NCBI GenBank assembly: GCA_964567185.1
Contig: CAZMKZ010000002.1
Location: 4,466-68,465 of the forward strand
Reading direction: 5' to 3'
Length of the DNA: 64,000 nt
DNA from: an uncultured Thermodesulfobacteriota bacterium
GTDB taxonomy: Bacteria > Desulfobacterota > GWC2-55-46 > JADFVP01
The notes beneath the pieces were generated by a model. The model was not told the DNA's origin. It worked only from the letters and a program-made list of their open reading frames with translations, and did not search any database. The translations under genes and the position numbers were made by a program. Shown piece by piece: positions 9,080 through 19,491 of this stretch (position 1 is the stretch's first letter; each line of letters begins with the position of its first letter).

Positions 9080-10432
9080 TCAGAGACCGTAGGTCTTTAT
9101 CTTGTACAGAAGCGCCCTCTGGCTTATCTCCAGGAGCTCAGCGGCGCGGGTCTTGTTGTTCTTGGTGGCCTCAAGGGCCCTCTTTATAAAGTCCCTTTCC
9201 ATGGCCTCGTGGGCCTTTTTAATGGAAAGGCCCACTGAAGACCCATCTCCGGGGTCCACCCTCGGTGAGGATACGCCCATTGGAAGAGATGACTTTTGTA
9301 TGAGATTGGCCTCCTCAAGTATCATGGCCCTCTCAATGACGTTCTCCAACTCGCGGACATTGCCGGGCCAGCCGTACTTCAGCAGGGCCCCAAGGGCGTC
9401 CTTCGAGAGGCCCTTCACCTTTTTTCTGAACTTTTTCGCGTACTTGCCGGTAAAATACGCGGCAAGCCTCTCTATATCTCCGGGCCTCTCCCGAAGCGGA
9501 GGCAAATCTATCTCAATGACGTTAAGCCTGTAATAAAGGTCTTCCCTGAACCTGCCCTTGCGTATCTCCCCGGCAAGGTCCTTGAGCGTGGCCGCCACTA
9601 CCCGCGTATCTATCTTCACGGACTTTGTGCCGCCCACACGCCTTATCTCGCCCTCCTGCAGGACGCGCAGGAGCTTTACCTGAAGCTCCATGGGCAGTTC
9701 GCCCACCTCGTCAAGGAATATGGTGCCTCCCACGGCCTCCTCGAAGAGCCCGGCCTTGTCGCGTCTGGCGTCCGTAAAGGCGCCCTTCACATGACCGAAG
9801 AGCTCGCTCTCAAGAAGGGGGCCGGGTATGGCCCCGCAGTTGACCGCCACAAAAGGCCCTCCAACGCGCTCCCCGCAGGTATGCAGGGCACGGGCCACAA
9901 GCTCCTTGCCCGTGCCGCTCTCGCCGCTTATGAGAACGGTGGTGCTGTAACTGGCTACCTTCTTTACAAGCTCCAGTATATCAAGCATCCTCGCGTCAAC
10001 GGTTATTATGTTATTAACGTCAAAACGCCGGGCAACCTCCTTCTTGAGCCTCCTGTTCTCCCGCTTGAGCTTTTCCCTCTCCTCGGCCTTTCTGAGGGTA
10101 AGTATAATTTCATCGGACTTGAAGGGCTTGGAGACGTAATCATAGGCCCCGAGCTTCATGCACTCTATGGCCGTCTCAATAGTGCCGTAGGCGCTCATCA
10201 TGATAACGGTATGATCTCCCGTCTTGCTCTCCTTGAGGGATCTAAGAAACTCAAGGCCGTCCATCTTGGGCATGCGTATGTCGCAGAGGATAAAGTCAAA
10301 GTCATCGGAGGCCAGGGCCTTGAGGGCGCGTGAGGCGTCTGCAAAGGCAGTGGCGTCATAACCCTCCCTCTTAAGCATTAAAGAGAGCACATGGCGCAGG
10401 CTCTCCTCGTCGTCTATAATCATAACATTCAT
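9080..10432 (-). CDS. pilR: Sigma54-dependent response regulator, NtrC family, PilR-like
   Basis: Receiver domain (IIDDE...DIRMP), AAA+ sigma54 activator domain (GESGTGKELVARALH, GAFTDA), and a C-terminal Fis-type HTH. Confidence 0.85.
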   Translation of the reverse strand: MNVMIIDDEESLRHVLSLMLKREGYDATAFADASRALKALASDDFDFILCDIRMPKMDGLEFLRSLKESKTGDHTVIMMSAYGTIETAIECMKLGAYDYVSKPFKSDEIILTLRKAEEREKLKRENRRLKKEVARRFDVNNIITVDARMLDILELVKKVASYSTTVLISGESGTGKELVARALHTCGERVGGPFVAVNCGAIPGPLLESELFGHVKGAFTDARRDKAGLFEEAVGGTIFLDEVGELPMELQVKLLRVLQEGEIRRVGGTKSVKIDTRVVAATLKDLAGEIRKGRFREDLYYRLNVIEIDLPPLRERPGDIERLAAYFTGKYAKKFRKKVKGLSKDALGALLKYGWPGNVRELENVIERAMILEEANLIQKSSLPMGVSSPRVDPGDGSSVGLSIKKAHEAMERDFIKRALEATKNNKTRAAELLEISQRALLYKIKTYGL

Positions 10433-11967
10433 CTTTGTCCCCTCCCGCAGGGCAATCTTACCGTAAAGGTAGAGCCCTCTGCCACCTTTGATTCAAAATC
10501 TATCTGCCCGCCGTAGGTCTTCAGGATGCTCTCTGAGACAAAAAGACCGAGCCCCGTGCCTTTTCCCACCTCTTTGGTCGTATAAAAGGGGTCGAATATC
10601 TTTCTGGCGTCTTCCTCGCTTATGCCGGTGCCGCTGTCCTTTATCCTTACGGAGACAAAATTCCGGTAGATCTCCTCTCCGGCGCGCAGGGGTTTGTCGC
10701 CCTTGCGCCTGCGAAGATTCGCGCCCTTGACGGGCATCTTCTGGAGCTGTGACTCCACCACTATCTCTCCGGCGCCGTCGGCGGCGCTCATGGATTGAGC
10801 AGCGTTTACGAGGAGATTGATAAAAACCTGCCTCAGCTTGCCCTCGTTTATCTTTACCGCAGGAAGGCTATCGCCAAGGCTGGTCTTAAGGACAATATCC
10901 TTGAAATCGGGATGTCCCTCAAGGCCGGCGATACTCTCAAGGAGCAGGGCGTTCACGTCAACAGGCTGAAGGGGTTTTTTCTCGGCCCTTGAAAACTCCA
11001 GAAATTCCCTCAATATGGAGTCTATCCTCGTAACCTCCCTGCCCGCCCTTACTATTATATCCTTCTCATCGGCGCTATCAAGAGAGCCGCTCTCAAGTAT
11101 CTGAAGATACCCGCCCACGGCTCCCAGCGGGTTGCCTATCTCGTGTGCTATACCGGCGGCAAGCCTTCCCACGGCCGCCAGCGTCGAAGACCTAAGGACC
11201 TCTTCCTGCGCGCTCACAAGCTCGCTATTGACCCTCTCAAGGGTGTTTATCTCCTCCTCTATTTTCCCGGCCATCTTGTTAAAAGACGAGGCCATAAGAC
11301 CTATCTCGTTATCGGAGTGTATATCCACCCTCTCGCCAAATGACCCTCCGGCGATGCGTGAGGCCGCCTCGGTGAGCCTTCTGATGGGGTTTATGATGGA
11401 GCCGGAGAGAAAGAAAAACCCGAAGCCTATTATTATGGCGCTATCCAGTATGATGTAGATTATAAGGAATTTTTTCACCCCCGCGAGCTCGCCCTTGATA
11501 TCGGCAAGCGAGATGGTGAAATCGAGGCGTCCCGCAATGGGCCCGCCATCCTTGAAGACGGCGCTTACATTGAGCAGACGCCCCGGCCCGGCCAGCCATC
11601 CGCCGCCAAGACGCCTTATCCTTATGCCGTCAAGCGCGCTTAGGGCCTTGCCGCCCCCCTCGGGCAACTCACCTTCTTTTACAACAATACGGCCCGATGG
11701 CGTGGTAAGGCGGTAGTCCCTTACCCCGGCACCGCGCATGACAACGCCGAGGAGCTGTAATGCCTTGTACTCATCGAGCCAGGGGCTTAACTTCGCCATG
11801 GATTCCCTGGCGAGGCGCGCCGTCTTTTCCGCCTCGCCGACCTTCCAGTAAAGGGCCCTCTCCTCTACAATCTTAATGCTCATGAGCCCTATGAAGCCCA
11901 CACCCGCAAGGGTGATAAGGGCGATTCCAAGCCCGAGCTGGGCGCGTATGCCTATCTTGAGGTTCAC
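10429..11967 (-). CDS. pilS: Sensor histidine kinase, PilS-like
   Basis: Two TM helices, HAMP, a HisKA H-box (AHEIGNPL) and HATPase_c (GTGLGL). It overlaps pilR by 4 nt. Confidence 0.8.
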   Translation of the reverse strand: MNLKIGIRAQLGLGIALITLAGVGFIGLMSIKIVEERALYWKVGEAEKTARLARESMAKLSPWLDEYKALQLLGVVMRGAGVRDYRLTTPSGRIVVKEGELPEGGGKALSALDGIRIRRLGGGWLAGPGRLLNVSAVFKDGGPIAGRLDFTISLADIKGELAGVKKFLIIYIILDSAIIIGFGFFFLSGSIINPIRRLTEAASRIAGGSFGERVDIHSDNEIGLMASSFNKMAGKIEEEINTLERVNSELVSAQEEVLRSSTLAAVGRLAAGIAHEIGNPLGAVGGYLQILESGSLDSADEKDIIVRAGREVTRIDSILREFLEFSRAEKKPLQPVDVNALLLESIAGLEGHPDFKDIVLKTSLGDSLPAVKINEGKLRQVFINLLVNAAQSMSAADGAGEIVVESQLQKMPVKGANLRRRKGDKPLRAGEEIYRNFVSVRIKDSGTGISEEDARKIFDPFYTTKEVGKGTGLGLFVSESILKTYGGQIDFESKVAEGSTFTVRLPCGRGQR

Positions 11968-11982
11968 GGGAATAAGACCGCC

Positions 11983-12768
11983 TTAAAAACCTTGAGTCAC
12001 ACTTCTTATATACCACTCTATCAAAGAGCCGCCATAAAAAAAATAAACCGTCGCGCCTATGGCCAGAAATGGTCCGAAGGGCAAGGCGTATTTACTGTCC
12101 CTTGAAAAGAGGACCATGACGGCGACACCGGAGAGCGCCCCGATAATAGAGGCGCTAAAGAGCGTAAAGAGGACGCCCTTCCACCCGATAAAGGCGCCTA
12201 TCATGGCAAGAAATTTAATGTCCCCCACACCCATGCCCTCCTTGCCCGTAAGGTAGTGATAGACAAGGGCTATGCTTATGAGTATGCCGCCTCCGGCCAC
12301 TATGCCCGTAAGAGAGTCCACCACGCCCGGGGCGGGCATGAAAAAAGAGGCTATAAAGCCTATTACTATGCCGGGAAAAGTAATGACATTAAGGATAATC
12401 TTGTATTTCAGGTCTATGAAGGTACTTACGATAAGGGCGCAGAGGAAGAAAAACGGGATTACAATCCTCACATCCGGGCCGTAGCGGTAGTAGAGCGCGA
12501 TGGCGGCAAGACCGGTCAATGCCTCCACAAAGGGATATTGAATAGATATGGGGCTCTTGCACCGGCTGCACCTGCCGCGAAGGAGCAGATAACTGATAAT
12601 GGGTATATTACAGTAAAAGGGTATATACCTCTTGCAGACCGGGCACCTCGATGGCGGCGAAACGATGCTCAAGCCCTCGGGAAGGCGGTATATGCATACG
12701 TTAAGAAAACTGCCCACTATTGCACCGAATATGAACGGCAGGGCGAGGATAAGGTATTGCGGATACAA
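11983..12768 (-). CDS. pilD: Prepilin peptidase/N-methyltransferase PilD (A24 family)
   Basis: CPVCKRYIPFYCNIPIISY...RCSRCK zinc tetracysteine plus a polytopic membrane domain. Confidence 0.85.
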   Translation of the reverse strand: MYPQYLILALPFIFGAIVGSFLNVCIYRLPEGLSIVSPPSRCPVCKRYIPFYCNIPIISYLLLRGRCSRCKSPISIQYPFVEALTGLAAIALYYRYGPDVRIVIPFFFLCALIVSTFIDLKYKIILNVITFPGIVIGFIASFFMPAPGVVDSLTGIVAGGGILISIALVYHYLTGKEGMGVGDIKFLAMIGAFIGWKGVLFTLFSASIIGALSGVAVMVLFSRDSKYALPFGPFLAIGATVYFFYGGSLIEWYIRSVTQGF

Positions 12769-12838
12769 GGAACCTCCCTTTATTATCTCTTAAGCTCATA
12801 CCAGCCCCTGACGCGGGGCCCCGTCTGCGCGGCCCCTC

Positions 12839-13261
12839 TCACAGTGTGTCGGGGAGGTAATCCTTTCTTATCTTTTCCACCATGGCAACTATATTGGTGG
12901 CCTGTTTTATGGCGTCCCTTGAGTCCTTTTCCGAGATAACCTCGGCCGGTATTCCGCCGGGCAGGGCATCGGGAAAGCGTGAGGTCTTGTAGTAGATGTC
13001 AAGGGACGTAGTGCCGCCCACAAAGACCTTGAAGGACTCGTCATAGGTCATGGCCCTGTCAAGGAGATCGGCCACGGACCTGGTAACAAGGGCGTCCTCT
13101 CTCTGCAGGAAGAGAAAACCCCGCAGGGCCTTTGCCGCGGACTGCTGAGCCCAGAAACAGGCCGGCGCATGAAAACCGCCCTGCTGATTCCACTCCGAAA
13201 CCTTCAGGTCATACTCTGCCTGCCGCAGCCATCTGGCCGCCTCTTTAAGAAGAATCTCCAT
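12839..13261 (-). CDS. Orphan HEPN-domain protein
   Basis: Classic HEPN N-terminal pattern (AARWLRQAEYDLKVSEW...ACFWAQQSAAKALRGFLF) and C-terminal YYKTSRFPDALP. No adjacent nucleotidyltransferase gene. Confidence 0.75.
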   Translation of the reverse strand: MEILLKEAARWLRQAEYDLKVSEWNQQGGFHAPACFWAQQSAAKALRGFLFLQREDALVTRSVADLLDRAMTYDESFKVFVGGTTSLDIYYKTSRFPDALPGGIPAEVISEKDSRDAIKQATNIVAMVEKIRKDYLPDTL

Positions 13262-13309
13262 AATACCCCCATCGTCTTCAAGGTTTCAGGGTAATACCAT
13301 TACGCAGTA

Positions 13310-14533
13310 TCAGGTCCTGTACGCCGAATTTATCCTTACATAATCATAGGAGAGGTCTGTTGTCCAGAAGGTAGCGCTGCCTCGGCCCATGTTGAGGTTC
13401 ACTCTGAGGACGACGTTCTTTCTCTTCATGGCACGCGCCGCCTGCCTCTCGGCCCCTGCGTCAAGCCCTTTCAAGGCCGCTGCCACGCCGTTAAAGTATA
13501 TATCCAGAGAGGCCTCGTCCATCTTTACGCCGGCCCTGCCAATGGCCGCCGCCACCCTGCCCCAGTTGGGGTCGGCGCCGAAAAAGGCCGTCTTTACAAG
13601 GTACGAGCCGGCTATGGTACGCGCCGCCTGCCTCGCATCACCATCCGTAGCGGCCCCTTCTATGAGTATCTCTATGAAACGCGTGGCGCCCTCGCCGTCC
13701 TTTACTATCATCCTGGCAAGCCGTTTCGTTGCTTCGTTGAGTAACGAAGTAAACGCATCGTACCCCTCTGTCCCCCTCTTTATCACTGCCTCGCTCTGCC
13801 CGTTTGCGAAGATAAGCACCGTGTCGTTTGTAGATGTGTCATTATCCACCATGATGCTGTTAAAAGAGGTCCTGCAGGCAGACTTCAGGGCAGACTTCAG
13901 GGGCGCCTTTGATATCGCGGCGTCTGTCATGAAAAATGCCAGCATGGTGGCCATGTTCGGGTTTATCATGCCCGCGCCCTTGGCGATACCCAGTATGGAA
14001 ACCGGTTTTCCGTTAATTTTCTTCTTGACCAGAGCGGTCTTTGTAAAGGCATCGGTAGTGAGTATGGCCTTTGAGGCCTCGCAGAACCCCTCTTTAGAGA
14101 GCCCCTCCACCAGCCCCGGCACACCGGCCCTTATCTTATCCATGGGCAGGGGCACGCCGATAACGCCCGTGGAGGCCACGAGCATCTCACCGCCGCCGAG
14201 TCCAAGGGCCTTCTCTGCAAGCCCGGCGGTCTCGCGGGCAGACCTCAGCCCCGCCTCGCCTGTGCAGGCGTTGGCGTTGCCGCTGTTTATGATAACGCCC
14301 CTCGCCGTACCCGCGGCCGCCCTTTCCATATCCAGAAGCACAGGCGCGGCCTTCACCGCGTTGGTGGTAAAAAGCCCGGCCATTGTAGCGGGCGCATCGC
14401 TTACGATAAGGGCCATGTCAGGGGCGCCGCGCTTCTTTAAACCCGCCGAGAGGGCCGAGGCCCGAAAGCCCGGCACACGCAGTGAGCACCTTTGCTTCCC
14501 GCCCCTTGACTTTAAGACCTTCTTTAAGACCAT
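13310..14533 (-). CDS. argJ: Bifunctional glutamate N-acetyltransferase / amino-acid acetyltransferase ArgJ
   Basis: VPGFRASALSAGLKK near the N-terminus, and the C-terminus LSYDYVRINSAYRT is typical of ArgJ. Confidence 0.9.
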   Translation of the reverse strand: MVLKKVLKSRGGKQRCSLRVPGFRASALSAGLKKRGAPDMALIVSDAPATMAGLFTTNAVKAAPVLLDMERAAAGTARGVIINSGNANACTGEAGLRSARETAGLAEKALGLGGGEMLVASTGVIGVPLPMDKIRAGVPGLVEGLSKEGFCEASKAILTTDAFTKTALVKKKINGKPVSILGIAKGAGMINPNMATMLAFFMTDAAISKAPLKSALKSACRTSFNSIMVDNDTSTNDTVLIFANGQSEAVIKRGTEGYDAFTSLLNEATKRLARMIVKDGEGATRFIEILIEGAATDGDARQAARTIAGSYLVKTAFFGADPNWGRVAAAIGRAGVKMDEASLDIYFNGVAAALKGLDAGAERQAARAMKRKNVVLRVNLNMGRGSATFWTTDLSYDYVRINSAYRT

Positions 14534-14761
14534 GGGGAATATACCTTATGAAATTGAAATAACCTATGAACGCAGGTTTTGTTTAGAGCGGACTTGGTAT
14601 GCGGCTATTACAGGACTAACCCTCGGCAGGGACATATCAACGTAAAAGGAGGGTTCACTTCCCTTGCCGCTATTATCAAAGGCCCAAAAAAAACGGGCCG
14701 CTCACGGAGACACATAAAAATCTACGGGAGTAAGATACGCCGTTAAGGGAACGAGCGCACG

Positions 14762-17476
14762 CTACACGGCGGCCCCGCAGCATTTTTTGTACTTTTTGCC
14801 GCTTCCGCAGGGACAGGGGTCATTGCGCCCTATTTTTTCTCCCGTCCTTGTAACGGGCTTTGCCTTCTCCTCACCGGGCTCATCATCGCCGTGGCCGTAA
14901 CTCACATCCACGGGAGCGCTCGGCGGCGGAGGCGGCGGAGCGGAGACGTCTTCCTCCCCCTCTTCTATCTTTATCTGAACCTTGAAGAGTCTCTCCACTA
15001 TCTCGGACTTGAAGTTGAATATCATGGTGACAAAGAGGTCATAACCCTCCTTCTTGTACTCCTGAAGGGGGTCTTGCTGGCCGTAACCCCGCAGCCCTAT
15101 GCCGCCCTTGAGGTGATCCATGGAGAGCAGATGGTCCTTCCAGAGATTGTCCAACGTGTTCAGTGTGATGATACGCTCGAACTCGGAGAAATTCTCCTCG
15201 CCCGCAAGCTCCACCTTCTCCTCATAGAGAGGCCAGGCCTTTTCTATTATAAGAGCGGCGAGGGCATCGCGATTATCTACGTCCCGTGCGCTCTGCTCGG
15301 TGAGTTCACTGCCGAACTGCCCCAGTATGCCCTCGTTAAGAGACTTGATGTCCCACTCATCAGGGCGTTCTTTATCCTCGATGCGGGTGCTCACTACCTC
15401 TTCGGCCATCTCAACGGCAAACTCCTTCACCATATCGCGAAGGCCCTCTTTGGCGAGTATCTGCCTCCTGTATCCGTAGACCACCTCTCTTTGCTGGTTC
15501 ATCACATCGTCATACTCAAGCAGATGCTTTCTTATGTCAAAGTTGTGAGCCTCCACCTTTTTCTGGGCGTTTTCTATGGCCCTTGAGACAAGGCCGTGCT
15601 CAATGGGCACGTCTTCCTCAAGGCCGATCTTGCCCATTATGGAGGCTATGCGGTCGCTACCGAAGATGCGCAGGAGGTCGTCTTCAAAGGAGAGATAAAA
15701 CCTCGACGAACCCGGGTCGCCCTGACGGCCCGCCCGGCCCCTCAGCTGATTGTCTATACGCCTTGACTCGTGGCGTTCCGTACCCAGTATGTGCAGGCCG
15801 CCGAGCTCAAGGACCTTTGCTTTTTCCTCGGCGCACTGTTTGGCCGCCTTCTCGTAGGCCTCTTTATAGGCAGGCGTGGACTCGTCCTTTCCGGCAACGG
15901 ACATGGCCATGTGCTCCGGGTTTCCGCCAAGGACTATATCGGTGCCTCGCCCGGCCATGTTGGTCGAAAGCGTCACGGCTCCGAGCCTGCCGGCCTGTGC
16001 TATAATCTCGGCCTCGCGCTCGTGGTGTTTGGCGTTGAGCACGTCGTGGCGCACGCCCTGGTCCATCAGCATGCCCGACAATCTCTCGGAATCGTCAATG
16101 GAGATTGTGCCCACAAGAACGGGCCTGCCCTTCTCGATAAGCCCCTTTATCTCCTTGATTACGGCATTAAATTTTTCGTGCTTTGTCTTATAGACAAGGT
16201 CCCTGTTGTCTATCCTTATCATGGGTTTATTCGTGGGGACGACAACGACCTCGAGCTTGTAGATGGAATTAAACTCCGCGGCCTCTGTATCGGCGGTACC
16301 GGTCATACCGGCGAGTTTCTCATACATCCTGAAGTAGTTCTGAAAGGTAACGGTGGCAAGGGTCTGGTTCTCGCTCTCTATCTTGACGCCTTCCTTTGCC
16401 TCTACGGCCTGATGGAGGCCGTCGCTCCAGCGCCGCCCCTCCATGAGCCTTCCCGTAAACTCGTCAACTATAATCACGGCCCCGTCCTTGACCACGTAAT
16501 CAACATCTTTCTGAAAGAGGACATGGGCCTTGAGGGCCTGGTTCACGTGGTGGAGCGTCTCAATATTCGCTATGTCATAGAGGTTGCTTATGCCCAGAAG
16601 AGACTCCACCTTCTCCACTCCCTCGTCCGTCAAAAGGACCTGGCGGGCCTTCTCGTCAACGGTAAAGTGGGCATCTTTTTTCAACCCCGGTATGACCCCG
16701 TCAATGGAGTAGTACTTGTCCGTGGAATCCTCCGTGGCCCCGGAGATGATAAGCGGCGTCCTCGCCTCGTCTATGAGTATGGAGTCCACCTCGTCGACTA
16801 TGGCGAAATGCAGTTCGCGCTGAACATACTCCTCTATGGAAAACTTCATATTGTCGCGCAGATAATCAAAACCAAACTCATTGTTGGTTCCATAGGTAAT
16901 ATCGGCGTAATAGGCCTCGCGCCGCGCAACGGGGCGAAGATGATAATGTCCGCTCGCCTCATCCGTATAGGTGGGGTCGTAGATAAAGCTCACCTCATGC
17001 TGAATGACCCCAACGGAAAGTCCGAGCTTGTGATAGAGGGGCCCCATCCATACGGCGTCCCTTCTTGAGAGGTAATCATTGACCGTAACAAGGTGCGCGC
17101 CCTTGCCCGTAAGCGCGTTGAGATAGAGGGCGAGGGTGGCCGCGAGGGTCTTGCCCTCACCGGTCTTCATCTCCGCTATCTTGCCTTCATGGAGGACCAG
17201 GCCGCCGAGTAACTGCGTATCAAAATGACGCATCTTCAGCACCCTGCCAGAGGCCTCCCTCACGGCGGCGAAGGCCTCGGGAAGAAGCTCGTCTATTGTA
17301 ACCTTATCGTTGGCGAGGCGTTCCCTGAACCCCTCGGTAAGGGCTATGAAGCCGTCGTCGGGAACCCCCTTCATGGCCTCTTCAAAAGAATTGACCTTCT
17401 CCACAACCGGGTTCATGCGTTTTATGTCGCGTTCGTTCTTACTGCCGAAAACCTTCTTTAAGATTCCGTTAAACAT
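14762..17476 (-). CDS. secA: Preprotein translocase ATPase SecA
   Basis: 904 aa with DEAD-like motor motifs and the C-terminal zinc finger [14 protein letters not shown]. Confidence 0.95.
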   Translation of the reverse strand: MFNGILKKVFGSKNERDIKRMNPVVEKVNSFEEAMKGVPDDGFIALTEGFRERLANDKVTIDELLPEAFAAVREASGRVLKMRHFDTQLLGGLVLHEGKIAEMKTGEGKTLAATLALYLNALTGKGAHLVTVNDYLSRRDAVWMGPLYHKLGLSVGVIQHEVSFIYDPTYTDEASGHYHLRPVARREAYYADITYGTNNEFGFDYLRDNMKFSIEEYVQRELHFAIVDEVDSILIDEARTPLIISGATEDSTDKYYSIDGVIPGLKKDAHFTVDEKARQVLLTDEGVEKVESLLGISNLYDIANIETLHHVNQALKAHVLFQKDVDYVVKDGAVIIVDEFTGRLMEGRRWSDGLHQAVEAKEGVKIESENQTLATVTFQNYFRMYEKLAGMTGTADTEAAEFNSIYKLEVVVVPTNKPMIRIDNRDLVYKTKHEKFNAVIKEIKGLIEKGRPVLVGTISIDDSERLSGMLMDQGVRHDVLNAKHHEREAEIIAQAGRLGAVTLSTNMAGRGTDIVLGGNPEHMAMSVAGKDESTPAYKEAYEKAAKQCAEEKAKVLELGGLHILGTERHESRRIDNQLRGRAGRQGDPGSSRFYLSFEDDLLRIFGSDRIASIMGKIGLEEDVPIEHGLVSRAIENAQKKVEAHNFDIRKHLLEYDDVMNQQREVVYGYRRQILAKEGLRDMVKEFAVEMAEEVVSTRIEDKERPDEWDIKSLNEGILGQFGSELTEQSARDVDNRDALAALIIEKAWPLYEEKVELAGEENFSEFERIITLNTLDNLWKDHLLSMDHLKGGIGLRGYGQQDPLQEYKKEGYDLFVTMIFNFKSEIVERLFKVQIKIEEGEEDVSAPPPPPPSAPVDVSYGHGDDEPGEEKAKPVTRTGEKIGRNDPCPCGSGKKYKKCCGAAV

Positions 17477-17665
17477 TTTACTCCCTGTACTTTAAGACAA
17501 ATATTTTTTCAATAATTCTAACACGCCTCAAGCTCTGATTCCACATCAAAGGGATATGAGGCGTCTGTATTTGCGTGAAAAACAAAACAACGGGGGTATA
17601 ACGCTGCCATGCCTTTCGTGGTTATGGAAGGCCTTAATGAAAACTGGCACGGGTAAAGGGGATGG

Positions 17666-18652
17666 TCAGTTAAGTATATACCTTGCGGGGTTAACGAATA
17701 CACCGTTAACAGCAACGGCATAGTGCAGGTGCGAGCCAGTGGAGCGCCCTGTGTTGCCCAGCGCCCCTATCTTCTGTCCTCTCTTGACCCTCTGACCGGT
17801 CTTGACAAAGGTCCGTGATAGATGGCCGTAAACCGTCCTTATTCCATAACCATGGCTTATGCTGATAAACCTGCCGATGTTCGCGTCACGCCCTATCCTG
17901 GTGACCCTGCCGTTGGCCGTGGCCACAACGGGAGTGCCGATGCGGTTTGCTATATCAATGCCCCTGTGAGCGTGTTTAAGGCCCGTAAAGGGCGAGATCC
18001 TTGTTCCGAAAACCGAGGTGACCCATCCTTTCACAGGCCTGATGGATGGCGTTGAGGCCAGCAGACTGGACTTTTTCATGAGGCTTTCGCGCAGATCCGT
18101 AAAACTCTCTTCCTGCGAGTCGGCCTTTATCTCAAGACCCGTGAGGTCCGAGCGTATCTGTCCGATAAGCTCATCGACGCGCGCCCCCGGCGTGAGGAGA
18201 TAATCCGCGCTATCTGCTGAAGAGCCCCCGCCTATGCCCTTGACCACGGCCTTTGCGGCAAACTTGCCCTTTGGCTCGATATGGGCTATTATACGGAGCT
18301 TCTTGTCAAATATCTCAAGACGGGCCATCTGCGACTCGAGGTCCCGCACCCTTGAGGAAAAACTCTGCAGGTCTATCTTCTGAGTGGCGTTCTCCCTCTT
18401 CAATCTGTACAGCTCCATGGAGTCGCCGCGCAACTTTACATAATCATAGACCATAAAGGCCAGGGCAAGGCTCAGTATCACCGAGGCCGCGCCAAGGACC
18501 TTCGCGGCCCTCATGTTTATCTTCAGACGCCTCGGCGCCGCGCTGTCATTGGTAAGAAAAAAGACAGTAAGATACCTGCCGGCGGGCCGCCGCAACGTCA
18601 CCCCGCCTGATGTGCCCTTTCCTGATCTCCTGAACAACGAGAATAACTTCAA
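17666..18652 (-). CDS. M23 family metallopeptidase (LytM/EnvC-like) with a coiled-coil N-domain
   Basis: C-terminal HRGIDI...HLHYAV M23 motifs. The real start is probably the internal MRAAKVLG. Confidence 0.8.
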   Translation of the reverse strand: MKLFSLFRRSGKGTSGGVTLRRPAGRYLTVFFLTNDSAAPRRLKINMRAAKVLGAASVILSLALAFMVYDYVKLRGDSMELYRLKRENATQKIDLQSFSSRVRDLESQMARLEIFDKKLRIIAHIEPKGKFAAKAVVKGIGGGSSADSADYLLTPGARVDELIGQIRSDLTGLEIKADSQEESFTDLRESLMKKSSLLASTPSIRPVKGWVTSVFGTRISPFTGLKHAHRGIDIANRIGTPVVATANGRVTRIGRDANIGRFISISHGYGIRTVYGHLSRTFVKTGQRVKRGQKIGALGNTGRSTGSHLHYAVAVNGVFVNPARYILN

Positions 18653-18783
18653 GGCCGCATCCCTGTATCGAGATTATGAGTATGGGAAGATTGCATTTTT
18701 GCCCTCAAAATTAGCATAAGCCCCCTTACAAGTCAAGCACTTATACGGTCTATCATTATCAGATAAAAATATCTTGAAAAACC

Positions 18784-18797
18784 GTGATAAAGGTCAC
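18784..18797. promoter_or_regulatory. CRP/FNR-type inverted repeat GTGA-N6-TCAC
   Basis: cGTGAtaaaggTCACt, about 15 nt after the crp-family stop and about 135 nt upstream of the M23 peptidase start. Confidence 0.35.
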
Positions 18798-18810
18798 TAC
18801 CGGCGCGGTC

Positions 18811-19491
18811 CTACTGGTGCATGTAGAGGAAGATTCTCTTCTTTTCTATCTTTATATAACCCTCGCCGCTCATCTTCTTCAACGCCCTGCTCACAACCTC
18901 TCTTGAGGAGCCTATCATGGCGGCGAGCTCCTCGTGCGTGGGCCGTTCTATCTCCACTATCTCCTCATCGCCCGATGCCTTGGCCATGCCTATGAGGGTA
19001 TGGGCGATCCTTCCGCATACATCAAGGAGCGCAAGTCCGCCTATCTTCCTCGTAGCCTCCCTCAGCCTTCCCGTAAGATAGGAGAACATCGTCGTATATA
19101 CCCTGTGATGAACGCTCAGATACTGAAGAAAGGCCTCCTTCTTTACAACAAGGCACCACAGTTCTTTTACGGTCTCAACATTGGCGGACCTCGGTTTGGC
19201 GTCCATTATGGACATCTCGCCGAACATATCCCCGCCCTTGAGGACAGCGAGGACAATCTCACGGCCCTGTTCGCTGTAAAGCGTCACCTTTGCCCTGCCC
19301 GAGACGATAAAGTAGACGGCCTCGCCGCAATCTCCCTCGCATATGACCTGCCCGCCCCTTGGCCATGACTTCATATCGCCCATGGCGAGCAGGTCGTCGA
19401 TATAAAACTCCTCAAGCCCCGCAAAAAGGGGGTTTATGGAGAGCGCCTTCTTTATAACCAACAAGTCCTCTTTATCTGTTTTTTTTATCAT
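18811..19491 (-). CDS. Crp/Fnr family transcriptional regulator
   Basis: cNMP-binding fold (GDMFGEMS) plus a C-terminal HTH with a SREVVSRAL recognition helix. It overlaps tldD/pmbA by 4 nt. Confidence 0.85.
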   Translation of the reverse strand: MIKKTDKEDLLVIKKALSINPLFAGLEEFYIDDLLAMGDMKSWPRGGQVICEGDCGEAVYFIVSGRAKVTLYSEQGREIVLAVLKGGDMFGEMSIMDAKPRSANVETVKELWCLVVKKEAFLQYLSVHHRVYTTMFSYLTGRLREATRKIGGLALLDVCGRIAHTLIGMAKASGDEEIVEIERPTHEELAAMIGSSREVVSRALKKMSGEGYIKIEKKRIFLYMHQ

